Position numbers and translations under genes: made by a program. Positions 38,301 through 50,900 of a stretch of 64,000 nt of DNA are shown piece after piece (the stretch's first letter is position 1; each line of letters opens with the position of its first letter). The stretch comes from Asterias rubens (Eukaryota): assembly GCF_902459465.1 (NCBI RefSeq), contig NW_022985699.1:62001-126000 (forward strand), read 5' to 3'. The notes under the pieces were generated by a model that saw nothing but the letters and a program-made list of their open reading frames with translations, had not been told where the DNA came from and did no database searches.

Positions 38301-41300
38301 TCAATCGGACCTCGGAGTAGGGAGAAAATAACGGGAAAACCCACCCTTGCATCTGCAGGTTTCGCCATGTCATGACTTGTGTTTAAAATAAATCCGTAAT
38401 TCTCGATATCGAGAATTAATATTGTTATATTGTTTTCTCAAAAAGTAAAGCATTTCATGGAATAATATTTCAAGAGAAGTCTTTCACCACTACCTGTGTA
38501 AACCCTGTAAGTTATTTGTAAATCTGTGATTTTTTTTTTTTCTGTACCGAAAGGGTCCAATGGCTTTTCAGTGTCTTGACTGAACCTGGAACCCACAATC
38601 TCATGAACAGAAACCCCCAAGTGTTTGAATTTCGGTGCTCTTAATTAACCGCTCGTACGCTGGGCCAAATTTCATAGAGCTACTTAAAGGCACTTGTCAG
38701 AGACCAGTGTATTCTCACTTGTTACCAAGGAAGTTTTTATGCAGAACAGAACATGTGCGCCTCTTTAATGCAATTCTGCACAACTCTGCCGCGCGCGCCA
38801 AGCATACTGGCACGCATGTCAGACCTTATTTTGTCAGACTTTTGGTTGAGCAATGGGTTGTGATTGGTCAATATGCAATGGGGCGGAGCTTAATGGATCG
38901 GTCTGTTACAATTTGAAGATGAGGCGGCCACAGATGCAAGTCTTTGCCAAATGATGATGATGATGATGATTGAATACCCAATTGTTTATTTGTATTTTTC
39001 AGGTGCAGATATCAACATAACCACTGATGATGCAACTCCTTTGTACACAGCCGCAAAGGAAAACCACCCAGATTGCGTGGAGCATTTGCTTGAGCAGGGT
39101 GCGTCGATAACGATTTCACGTGCAGTGGATAGTACTGATGATGAAAGCCTAGAGTTGGCACCCATTCACATTGCAGCTGGTAAAGGCCACATGACGTCAG
39201 TAAAGGTCGAGAATCTTTGGTTTTACCAATAAACACCGATGTGTGTTAGCCCTGTGTACTCGGTGCTTTCCCAAGCTCTGTGATAATAGTATCACAGTAT
39301 AACAAAATCACAGGCATATTACTCGGACGGGATTCAATTCCACAAACTTTAAATTTCTAAAACAGTGTCTTAAAGAAACGTTACAGAACTGGTAAGAAAC
39401 AAAAATCGTGAAGATCACAGATTTACATAAAACTTACACGGTCTAATGGTGATGATAGTAGAAAATATCCCTTGAAATATTTCTGTCTGAAATTTCATAT
39501 TTGACGAGAAATAAATAGTCTAATTTCGCGTTTGGAGTTTATCGCTCAGTAAGCATTAAATTCATTTTTGTTTTGGCATCGATGCCATGCAAAATTTGTA
39601 ATCGTTTTTTTTTTTTCATTATTCTCTCGAGACCCAGATGGCCGATCGATCTCAAACTTGTACAGGTTTGTCAGTTTATGTATATATGGTGGATTACATA
39701 AAGTGCTTACACAGCCAGCAATTCTTTTGCTAGCAAAACCAATTCTGCCCATCGAAGTTGCTCTGTAGCCAGTGGCAGTTCTAATCCTATATTAAAGCAG
39801 CGAACCTTTCTGAGAGACCCATCTTGTAGCCACAGCTGAAGCCATAAACTCACACAGATTTGAACATATACAAGTAAGCTTGGGCGATATCGATTTATTT
39901 TATTCACGATACATCACCGACAATATATCGGGAAATTCAATATAATCGCGATTAATGAAATTTGACATCATCAGTGTTCAAACTCCAAGTGAAAGTTGTA
40001 GAAGAGACAGTCATGGCATAGGAGAGGTGTTCTAAAGATCTATTCTTCTGGTTTGACTCCAAACCTATGGGGTGCAAGATGTCTCAGCTAGGAAATACAT
40101 CGCGATATTTAATCGATATTGCGATATATCGATATTTCGATTAAAACCAAATCCATCCGATATCGAAATCGTTTCCAAATTAATATCGCGATATTCGATA
40201 ATATCGTGATATCGCCCAAAGCTTATATACAAGCAATTATAGTGCAGCTACAGTAGTATATAGTCCCAGCCAATTTTCTATACTTTCCGCCAAGGTAATA
40301 CATGTAGTTACAAAGCAGGACAGTTCTTTGCAGAACTGAGAAGTGTCTCCCAAACAATCCAATAAATCTACTCCGCGATAGTAGAATATAGAAAGACAGT
40401 TCTCTAATGAACAAACTCTACTTGGCAAGTAGATACACACATGGTGTTACCGCAAACCAAATATATATTGATACCTCACCATGCAATGCCTGAAATCAAA
40501 TATAATCATAAAGAGTTTTTTTTTGTTTTTGTAATTCTCTCCTTTAGGTGTCTGAAGCTACTTTTACCAGTAAGTCTTGGAATGCTGCAGGATGATTATA
40601 TTGACTTTGACAAAGAATTACAGACACCAATGCATCTTGCCGCGAAGAAAGGTCACATCAAGGTCATCAAAGCCCTTCTCAAGGCGGGATGCGGTCCTGA
40701 TTTCGGCCTGGTAGATTTTCCTAAATATTATAGAAAGAAGTTGAGAGCTTCACAACCTGTGACGTTAGGTGCAATGTACAATCTACAATCTACAATTTAG
40801 TGTGGCCAAGCTGCTGTTGGACAAGGGTGCCTTTGTGTGCAATGCAGAGGGTCTACACTGCCTTGTCAAAGAGAGTGCCGGGCACTTACCATCTCTGAAA
40901 TTCATTCTAGAATACGGTGCAGATGTTGGATGTCACCACATGAACCTTGTGAAGCTACCAAAAAGTCTTAAATGTGTCATTTTACTCTTGAAATCCGGGA
41001 AGCGTTGGAGCTTTGACTGTTCGGACCATTGTGGTTTTTGCTACAGGTACTTGTCCCCTTGTTATTGGCGTGATAGGACATGGTGGCTTAAGATAATCAA
41101 GTTGGTGTACAACTTTGTGGGCAGGCTCAGACTGTGTCAACACACCAGCCGTTATATACAAGACCACAGTGAGTTGAGCGAGGTACTGGAATTAACAGGT
41201 AAATCTATTGTTCATGCTGGTGGCCCTGATTTTGTAGAGGTTTGACAATGCTCCTAGGGTAAAGTTGGAAAAGGGGGAGGAGGGAGGTCTTGGAATGGGG

Positions 41301-42198
41301 ATTCCACATCGATCCCCAGAAAAAGGGATGTTTGGAGCTAACATTCCAGTACCCTTTGTACCTCTTCATTACTACAATTAACAGGTAAATCTATTTTTCA
41401 TTCTGGTGGACCTGATTTTGTATAGGCAGTGGCATATGTTTGGCAATGTTGTTGGGGCAAGGTTGGAAAAGGGGGAAGGAGGGAGGTCTGGGAATGGGGA
41501 TAACACATCAATCCCCTGAGAAAGGGATGTTTGGAGCTAACAGTCCAGTACCCTTTGTATCTCTTCATGATGGAGCAATCAAAGCTTAACACAGTGTAAG
41601 TGCTTGTACTACTGTGCGAGCTACATGGAATGTCCAGACGTATTTTATCCCTGATGCAAATCTAACATCTATGAAATAGTTTGCAGTACCCACTGCTAAA
41701 GAATAGGATTCGAACTGCCTCTAGCCACCGGGCAATCTTGGTGGTCTAGTTGGTATGACACTGCTCTAGAATTGCAAAGATCGTGGGTTCGAATCCCACC
41801 CTAGTAACATGCCTGTGATTTTTTTTCACAGGACTCGGGGAAAGTACTAAGTTTACAGTGCTAACACACATCGGCGTATATGGGCACAAACCAAAATGAA
41901 CGTTCTTAAAGCTTGTCCACTAGATTTCCATTTAAAATGTCTGTAAAAAAAATATGCTTGTATCTTCTTGTGATAAGTTGTTGACTGACTTTTATTTTCA
42001 AACAATTTGATTAATGTTACATTGTGACTTTTTTTACATGCAGGGAAGCCGCACTCTCTGGAGCATCTCTGTAGAGTCGCATTCACAGAGCATGTTGGAA
42101 CGGTGCGTGCCACGAAGATCATCCCCAAGATGGACTTCCTTCCAAAGCTGGTCAGGGATTATCTCCTCTATGAAGATATCACTTTGCCAAGAACATAA
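35328..42198 (+). CDS. Ankyrin repeat and SOCS box (ASB-family) protein; frameshifted in this sequence
   Basis: Exons 35328-35535, 36174-36317, 37536-37781, 39003-39195, 40548-41198, 42044-42198. Many ankyrin repeats (GWTALHEAA, ETALLFAA, SLHKAAYSG, TPMYAAA, TPLYTAA, TPMHLAAKKG) and a SOCS box PHSLEHLCR...LPKLVRDYLLY. The frame is continuous only if one TACAATC copy at 40777-40797 is removed (529 aa); otherwise TAG at 40798-40800 ends it. Confidence 0.85.
35855..36060 (-). mobile_element. L2/CR1-type LINE 3' fragment
   Basis: Translates to ELLRVYTPSRNPLSSSMLLLIEPKSRHSWGDRSFSSAA, resembling the C-terminal end of L2 ORF2. A homologous copy lies on + at about 55885-56110. Confidence 0.65.
36577..36950. 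mobile_element. MITE copy in ASB intron 2 (inverted partner of 39374-39750)
   Basis: About 370 bp, near-identical reverse complement of 39374-39750. Confidence 0.8.
39374..39750. mobile_element. MITE copy in ASB intron 4
   Basis: Begins TTAA-AGAAACGTTACAGAA; reverse complement of 36577-36950. Confidence 0.8.
39875..40225. mobile_element. hAT-like MITE
   Basis: TIR TAAGCTT(T)GGGCGATATC; exact 8-bp duplication TATACAAG at 39867-39874 and 40226-40233; many CGATAT subterminal motifs. Confidence 0.85.
41186..41570 (+). repeat. 186-bp duplication containing the ASB exon-5 donor
   Basis: ATTAACAG|GTAAATCTA with GT at 41199 and 41385. Confidence 0.85.
41731..41905 (+). mobile_element. tRNA-derived SINE (family 1)
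   Basis: A-box GGTCTAGTTGG and B-box GGTTCGAATCC followed by a shared non-tRNA body. Copy at 21750-21905; reversed fragments near 16880-16970 and 39230-39340. Confidence 0.75.
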
Positions 42199-42317
42199 GG
42201 AGATTAACCCTCCCACCGTGGGTTCCATTCTCCAGTTGAGTTGACCAACCACTTGAAGCCTTTAAACAGTGTGGGTTGTGTGTACAGGCAATTCCATGCT
42301 CAGAACTAACTCTTTAC

Positions 42318-42980
42318 ATGTGTGTACTGTGTATTCACCACATGATATCATATTGCGGGCTGGTATGTTTATCTATCAATCATAACCACAGTGGTTGACA
42401 TTGAGTGGTCAGATAGTAGGAGGGTTAACTGTGTACTGTGTAGATGTATTCACCACATGATATCATATTGCGGGCTGGTATGTTTATCTATCAATCATAA
42501 CCACAGTGGTTGACATTGAGTGGTCAGATAGTAGGAGGGTTAACTGTGTACTGTGTAGATGTATTCACCACATGATATCATATTGCGGGCTGGTATGTTT
42601 ATCTATCAATCATAACCACAGTGGTTGAAATTGAGTGGTCAGATAGTAGGAGGGTTAACTGTGTACTGTGTAGATGTATTCACCACATGATATCATATTG
42701 CGGGCTGGTATGTTTACCTATCAATCATAACCACAGTGGTTGAAATTGAGTGGTCAGATAGTAGGAGGGTTAACTGTGTACTGTGTAGATGTATTCACCA
42801 CATGATATCATATTGCGGGCTGGTATGTTTACCTATCAATCATAACCACAGTGGTTGAAATTGAGTGGTCAGATAGTAGGAGGGTTAACTGTGTACTGTG
42901 TAGATGTAGTCACTACATTGTACATATCATATTGAAGGCTGGTATGTTTATCTTTCATTCATTTTTTATCACCACAGTGG
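42318..42980 (-). repeat. Homogeneous 115-bp tandem repeat downstream of the ASB stop
   Basis: Exact 115-bp period (42361, 42476, 42591, 42706, 42821). It is the reverse-complement homolog of the MRPL48 intron array. Confidence 0.95.
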
Positions 42981-44976
42981 ATGATGTTTCCACTAGAGCA
43001 TTTCAAGGGCACCAAGACATGACCAACTTTTATAGGCCTACCCTTATAACTTGAAGCTGTTTTTCTTAATGATTAATAATTAGTACACTTTATTTGCCAT
43101 TTGTACTTTCATTATTTTGTTACAACTGTTAGAGAAGATTACAAATAGTTGAGATAAAGATTATTGATGGCTATTTCACTTAATTTTGTTAATAAAACAT
43201 AATATTTTTATAAACCGAAACTTGTTCAGCAAATTTTAATTGAAGTTGTCAGATTTTACATTAGATTAATTTGTTTAGTTTAAATGATTGCTGTTTGCAT
43301 TGTTAAGTTATACTAAAAAAAATGCAGACCCAATTATTAAAGTTGTCATCTGCATTTGTATGTTTCTTAAGGATTCCCAAGTCAGGGCCCAGCTGCTTAA
43401 AGACAAATGTTGTGTTACTATACAATTTCCAATAGCACTGCTAGCCAGAAGCACACGAAAAGGCATGCTTACTGCATGAAAATGAATGACGTCACAGTGA
43501 ATGTTCAAGATGGCCGCCAACTACTAATCTGTGAAAAATATGCTTACACCTTCATGACCATTTTCTGCTACAGTGAGCAGGAAAATTTGCTTACTGTTAA
43601 GCGCTATGAAATTGGGCCCTGGTGCCTGATAGGTGTTACGTCCCCCCCCCCCCCCCTTTTTTCTTCAGAAGGTCTTGGAGGGGGTACTTCTGTTCAAGAG
43701 GGGTGTGTTCAGAGAATTTTACCCTTTTCTTAGGGGAGGGGGGCAAACACACACCCATCCACTGTCCCATCCAGGGGGCGTGGTATGTCCATACTCCACC
43801 CATAAAATTTAAATAAAAATGGCACTCGCGCCACAGTGGTACCCCCTCTATTGACCAACCAAAAACACAAAAAAACTGAAGACTCGTACCCAGACGTCTT
43901 TTACCTACATGACAATGTTAGATGGAAGTCTAGCCAGTCTATTTGCTTAAATCAACATCAGCTGTGGGATGATTTAATGATTGACGAAGTTACTCCCCTT
44001 TTTTTGGAACCTTCTGCGACCGGAAAAATTGGTCAAAGATACACAACTTGAAAAAAAATGATTGCATGTTGATTGAAGGTAAATGAGATTTCATTGAATT
44101 TTCCAGATTCTAGTTCGTTGTGCCCCCACAGAACTTCACCCCAAAAAGTTTACTGCCCGGTGACTGCTCTCCAAGCCACTTGCACTTGTTATGTCATATC
44201 TGTGATTCAGATTGTGTGACGATATCACTGCTAAATCAGACCGGGGACCGGTCTGCGTTTAAGTAATAGTTAATAATAGCTATAATAGTATAAGTATCAT
44301 TATGGATACATTGCATGGAAAGATTTCCATACTCTCAGTTCTGCCATCGCTTTTTCGGCTCATTTAAAATTAAATTTAAAAAAAAATGTTTTTGCAATGT
44401 ATTGGAATTGTATTTCATTGGCATTGACATTGAAAAGTGGGTATAACCACTTTTTAAACACTCCAATCCAATGATTGGATTGGAGTGTTGGACCCTTTCG
44501 GTAAAAAAATAAAAATAAAAGTTCACAGATTTACAAATAACTTACAGACAGGGTTTACAGAAGGTAACGGTGCTGAAAGACTTCTCTTGAAATATTGTTC
44601 CATAAGGTTTATCGCGAATAGCAAAATATCAAGAGAGGGCGCTGTTGAACCCACACAAAGGTATAGGTGTTGCGTGCGCGAGTCGTACAAACTGCATAGT
44701 AATCGCCCCATATTCCTTCCCACAATGCAGTGCGTTTCTGAATCACGATAAACCTTATGAAATGCTTTACTTTTTGAGCAAAATTAAAACAATTCTCAAT
44801 ATCGAGAGTTACGGATTTATTTTAAACACATGTCATGAAACATGCGGAAACAAGGGTGGGTTTTCCCGTTATTTTCTCCTGACTCCGACGTCCGATTAAT
44901 AATTTTAAAGAAAGCAATACCTCATCTTGCTTCATACCTTACTTCACAGCATAATGTCCCAAGGACACCAGAAACA

Positions 44977-47900
44977 ATGGACAATCACATTGAGAGCTAC
45001 AAGCCATCACAAAGCACCAAGTCCAATGACTCTAACCTGCTGAACGATGGGGCAACTCGTATTGTGCGTTCACGCACTGTGAGCTTCGTTAAGAACGAGA
45101 ATGGCGGGGAGATGGTCACAATCGACCTGGTCAACCAGCCAGAGGCTGAAGAGAGGACCGGCCAAACGGTCATGAATGACAGTGTAAGTTTTCCAAGTAT
45201 CAGGCCCGTATGCTTTCATTTTGAAATGGCAAGGGCACCAAGGCATTTATCCCTTGGTGGCACCCTATGAGGAAATTTTCAAGGGCACCAAGGCAATGCA
45301 AAGGGGGCATGGAGGCAATCGCCTTCGTTGCCTCCATGAAGTATCAGGCCTGCTGAAGTGTTATTCATTACTTGTGGGGTGTCGTGGCCGAGCGGATAAG
45401 ACCACCGAACTCGAGCTCTGGGCCAAACTTCATAAAGCCTGTAAGCATGAAAAATTGCTGGTAAACACAGAAAAATATTGCTTTCACCAGAATGTTTGTA
45501 AAAATCTGGTTCCCTGCAACATTTCCATGAATTTTACATTGTTGTAACTGGTGCCTCACTATTTTGTTGCTTATTAGCAAAGAAATTTACAAAGCAGCAT
45601 TTTTGCTAAGCAACATTTTCTGCTTTAAAACAGTTACAGCTTTATGAAATTGGGCCCTGGTGCTAAAAATGATCAACAAAGTGTTGGTTCGAGTCCCAGG
45701 TGTGACACTTGTGTCCTTGAAAGCAAGACACTTAAAACTATGATGCTTTGTCCTTTGGATGGGACGTAAAGCAGCCTGACGTAAAGCAGTTGGTCCCATG
45801 TGCTGTGTAACGCACGTAAAAGAACCTAATGCACTTATTGAAAAGAGAAGGGGTCCACCCCAGTGTTCCTGGCCTGTTTTGCTGCGTATTGCGTCACAGC
45901 ATATTGTAAACCATCACATGGTGCTATGTAAAAGGAGTTGTCTTCAAACAAAGCCCTCAAGAGTCTTCTTTCCCATACTGACAACTGGTGGCCGTGTGAT
46001 CTGTAATTTGGGGGTTTTACAACTGTTTTTTTAAAAGGGATTTAGACCGATTGCTAGCGACCGATCAGCGCATGAAAGAGTTGAACCGCCAGTGACGAGA
46101 GGCCAGTTTGAATCAAGTAGGCCCCCCATAGCCATGATAGCGGAGTATTTGCTGTTGATTTTGTTCAGACAATTTCTAAGACAATTTGTAATTGTCTGTC
46201 CGTTCGTTCTTGTCCCCGATTATTGTCTGTCCCCAGGCATCCCTACATAAGCCTCGGCTTCCAGATGATGCCTCCATACTCTATTTAAGGTTTTTCTAAG
46301 CCTCATTGAACAGCTTTTTTATTGGCTATTCCTTTAAAAAAAACCTTGTTTGTACTCTGTTTTCATGAAGTATGGAAATATGTTTGAATGAATGAATGAG
46401 AAGTTGACCTGTTGTCCTTTTTACATTTTTTCGTTACTCAGGACATCTATCTTGCCGCCACATACATCATCGACGCTGTTGAAACGCGTAACTACCAGTT
46501 CAACACCGATCCAGGGAGTTTAAGGTCAGTTGAATTTGAATTTTGATGATATTCCAGAAAACAGAACTACAACATTCGCCAAACCACTGGCCCAATTTCT
46601 CAGTTCAGTAGGCCCTACACATTGCAGCCAGGGTCCAACTTCATCAAGGCTGTAAGCATAAAAACGTCTTAAGCACAGACAAATCTTGCTTAGCAGAAAC
46701 AGGTTACCGGCCAACTTCCCATGAAGTTCATACTGTTGCCACTGGTGCCGCACTCAAATTTTGCTAAGCAAATAAATCTGCCGTGCAGCATTTTCCTGCT
46801 AAAAAGCTTCATAAAATTAGGCCCCCATTTTCTTGTTTTCATAGGGGGACTTTTAACAAATGACTTTAATTGTCACTTTTATTCATTTGTTTTGACTGTG
46901 GATGCCACATGATAAGGATCTTGGCTGAGGGTGAATGTGCCGGTAACCTCTCCATGGTAAACCCCTCTTCCAATTTTGTGTATTCTGTCGCTTTGACTGT
47001 GATCCGACATGTAATTGGAAACTTGTTTTGAAATTTTTGCATTTGTTGTGGTCTGCTTACTCTTGATATTTTGCTTGCAGATTTATGTATGAAATATATA
47101 TATGTTGATTGTAAAATGCTTTTATTTTATGTCTGATCTTGGCCCAAGGGTCAGTGTTGTAACCACGGTGGACGATTCTGCCCAGAACTAACAAATTCCG
47201 CCCCGACACAACACTCTGAGCAAAATACACTGAGCCACCCAGCACAGGTTTCTCCCAGATTGCACTTCAGCAATGGTGGCCTCTTATCTTAACATGAATA
47301 ATAATGTTGAACCGCTCAGCTTTGGTGGGCTGAATTTGAGGAGCCCACCACTAACATTGGTCTAGCTACAACACTGCCAAGGATGACTGTGCTGGTAACC
47401 TCAGCCAGATTCTAATTTGTGTATTTTGACATACATTTTGATTGTGGTTCTAATTGTAAACTTGTATATTTGCACTGTTGATTGTTAATTTTTTTAAATG
47501 TTCATGCCTGCATACTGTGTTGATATTTTGCTTGCAGATTTGTCTATGATATTCTGTATAGGATTCGAGGCATTGCATGGTGAGGTATCAATGTATTGGT
47601 TTGCGGTAACACCATGTGGACAGTTCTCTAAGAACAAACTCTACCTGGCAAGTAGATACACACGTGGTGTTACCGCAAACCAAATATATATGATATTCTG
47701 ATTGTAAAATGCTTTTTATTCTAATCATGACTCGAGTTTGAATGAGCTGCCGCTCCCCTGCTGTAATTTGTGTATTTTGACATTTTCATTGTGATTCTTT
47801 AGGCCCCTAGGTATTTGCACTACTGATATCTATTGTAATTGTACATGCCTGCATAGTGTGTTGATATTTTGCTTGCAGATATTCTGTATGAAATATATCT

Positions 47901-50900
47901 TGATTGTAAAAATGCTTTTAAGTTTGATCTTAGCCGAGGCAGGTGACTGTGCTGGTAACCTCTCCTCTCTTCAAATTTGTTTTTTTTTGGGTCATTTTTA
48001 TTGTGATTCTAATTGCAAACTTGTATTTGCACTGTTGATATTCATTTTAATTGTACACACCTGCGTACTGTGTTGATATTTTGCTTGCAGATGTTTGTGA
48101 TTCTCATTGCAAACTTGTATATTTTGCACTTTTGATATTTATTTATTTGAATTGTATGTCTGCATTGATATGTTGCTAGCAGATATTCTGTATAGAATAT
48201 TGATTGTAAAATGCTTTGAAGTCTGATCATGACCGGAGGTTGAATAAGTTGCCTCTCCCGCTCTTCATTTTGTGTATTTTGTCATTTTTATTGTGATTCT
48301 AATTTCAAACTTGTAGGCCCCTAGGTATTTGGACTTTTGATACTTATTTTAATTGTACGTGCCTGCATATTGTGTTGATATTTTGCTTGCAGATTTCTGT
48401 ATGAAAATGTTGTGTATAGTGTTGTTCAGTGCTTTATTTGTATTGTCACACTTTTATTGTCATGTTTGTACTTTTATGACTTTTCAGTATTGTGTTCTTG
48501 AACACCTTGTGTTTGAGGGAGCAAATACTTCATATCTGGTTTTTATTGCTGTTGTTATTGCTGACTTTTTTCTTGCATAATTTACTTCATCATATAATTT
48601 TCATTATTCCTGTTGTCACGCCTGCCTCCATCTTAGTCTTGTTGCAAATCGTTTTGCAAATAGGAACCAGACTATTTTGTTCTTCCAGCCTCGGTTTTGT
48701 AACATTAATATCAACTGGAGAAATTCACGATGGTGGCACTATGATAAAAGTCTATTGTGATAATCCTTTTAGTTAATTATTTTGTTTACTGTGTTGTCTT
48801 TTTGCAAAGCTATATTTGAAAAGGACTGTTCGTGTAGCTAACTGTTGTAATTTTATGTTCAAGATGGCGATTGTGCGTATTTACTGCACACCATCGGTGT
48901 TCACAAAATTTGATTGACATACTTCCGTGTTTTTGTTCCTCAGAAACTACCATCTGTATAATAACAGGTTCATGCAGTACGTCCTCTATTTCTTTGTGTT
49001 TGTGATACTCATGCTGGCCATATTTGAAGAGCCTGCAGTCAATGGTCTGAGCATGCCTTACTGGGTAAGTCATGCATTTCTGTTTTTTTATTTCTTTTTT
49101 TTTTAATCTAAAATTGAATAATTGAGCCTCAAGAAAACTTAAATGTCAATTAAAGGCAGTGGAAACTATTGGTAATTACTCAAAATAATTATTGGCATAA
49201 AACCTTTCTTGATTACGAGTAATGGGGAGAGGTTGATGGTATTAAACTTTGTGAGAAATGGCTTCCTCTGAAGTGACATAGTTTTCGAGAAAGAAGTTAT
49301 TTTCCACGAATTTGATTTTGAGACCTCAGATTTAGAACTTGAGGTCTCAAAATCAAGCATCTGAAAGCACACAACTTCATGTGACAAGGGTTTTTTTTTC
49401 TTTCATTATTATCTCGCAACTTCGATGACCGATTGAGCGGCAAATTTTCACAGGTATATTATTTTATACATATGTTGAGATACACCAACTGTGAAGGCTA
49501 GTCTTTGACAATTACCAATAGTGTCCACTGCCTTTAAGTTAATGACCAGGGACTAATTTCATAGCACTGCTTAGTAGTAAGCACATTTTCATGCTAACTA
49601 TGGCAGGGGGGTACCTCTACTGGACTTCTGGAGGCAAAATATATGGGTGTGTTAAAGTAATGGAACATTTGGTGTGGGGGCCCCCACACCCTCTGCAGCA
49701 AATCGGGCATGGTATAACTATATGACACACCAAAAACCTGGCCATAACCACTGATTATCAAAGTTGTTAAACTTGATCAATTAGTTGGGGCTTTGAGTTC
49801 TGTAATCAAATTTGTATTTTCATTCCTGACTCGTTTCTATCTATTGCACTTTAATTATTTGTATGCGTAGAGTACCCACGTTCTGGAGCTGGCCTGCTTG
49901 GCGTATTTCGTCTTTCGAATGCGTCATCATCGATCCTTCACACCGAGGAGAATATGGTGGACAGATGCTAAGAACATTATACTAGTCGTTGCTATCAGTG
50001 TAAGTACCTCCCTATGTTTGTTGTGTTTCTCATTTCTCAACCTAGCCTTGCTCAAGGCAGTCGGGAATATTCACTCTGAAGAAGGCCACCGCTGTAAAAA
50101 CCCGCCATGTAATCACATCGCACAACATGACGCCCCGTACACTATCCGCATGCGGAGGCCGTATTAAGTGTTGGCCTGACGGCCTCCGCATGCGAATATT
50201 TGGTACAAGTGCGGATGAATTGTGCACAAAACAGCGGGGGCTATGAGCGATTTGCCAGTGGATACGAGTGGGTTTACAACGGCGTCTTTTTCGGAGTGAA
50301 TAATGCGACTGCCTTGAGCAAGGCTATTCTCAACCGTGTTCTGTCCAATCACACACTAACTGTTAAAGGCGCTAGACACTATTGGTAACAACTCAAATTA
50401 ATTGTTAGCATAAAAACTTACTTGGTAACAAGCTATGGAGAGCTGTTGATGGTATAAAACATCTTGTGAGAAATGGCTCCCTCTCAAGTAACTTAGTTTT
50501 TGAGAAAAAGAAAATTTCTCACTCAAATATTAAAAGATTTCAGGCCTGAAGTCTTTTTTAGGCATCTGAAAGCACACAAATTTATTCAACAAGGGTGTTG
50601 TTTCTTTCTTTATTTTCATGCCACTTCCATGACCAATTGAGAACAAATTTTTGAAGTTTTTGGTATGCATATGTTGGGATACACTAAGTGACAATACTGG
50701 TCTTTGACAATCACCCAAAATTTGTTTTTGTTTGCAGGTGATGTGTGTGGATATGATACTAATGACCGTTCTAGTGGAGACTGGAGTGATTGAGAAACCC
50801 TTCCGCTGGTCCAGAATGCTCAGACCGCTCTTCCTCGTCAACTTCCCTGAGATGAGAGAGGTAAAGATTCAATTTGTCAAGTTTTTAAACAGGTTGTTGT

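Noticed and set aside
40764-40800. Tiny GT-AG intron that would rescue the ASB frame
   Set aside because: It is only 37 nt (or 25 nt from 40776), has no pyrimidine tract, and would delete part of an ankyrin helix. A 7-bp duplication explains the frameshift better.
41731-41805. tRNA-like sequence with A and B boxes
   Set aside because: The acceptor and anticodon stems pair poorly, and it continues into a body shared with other copies, so it is a SINE head rather than a tRNA gene.
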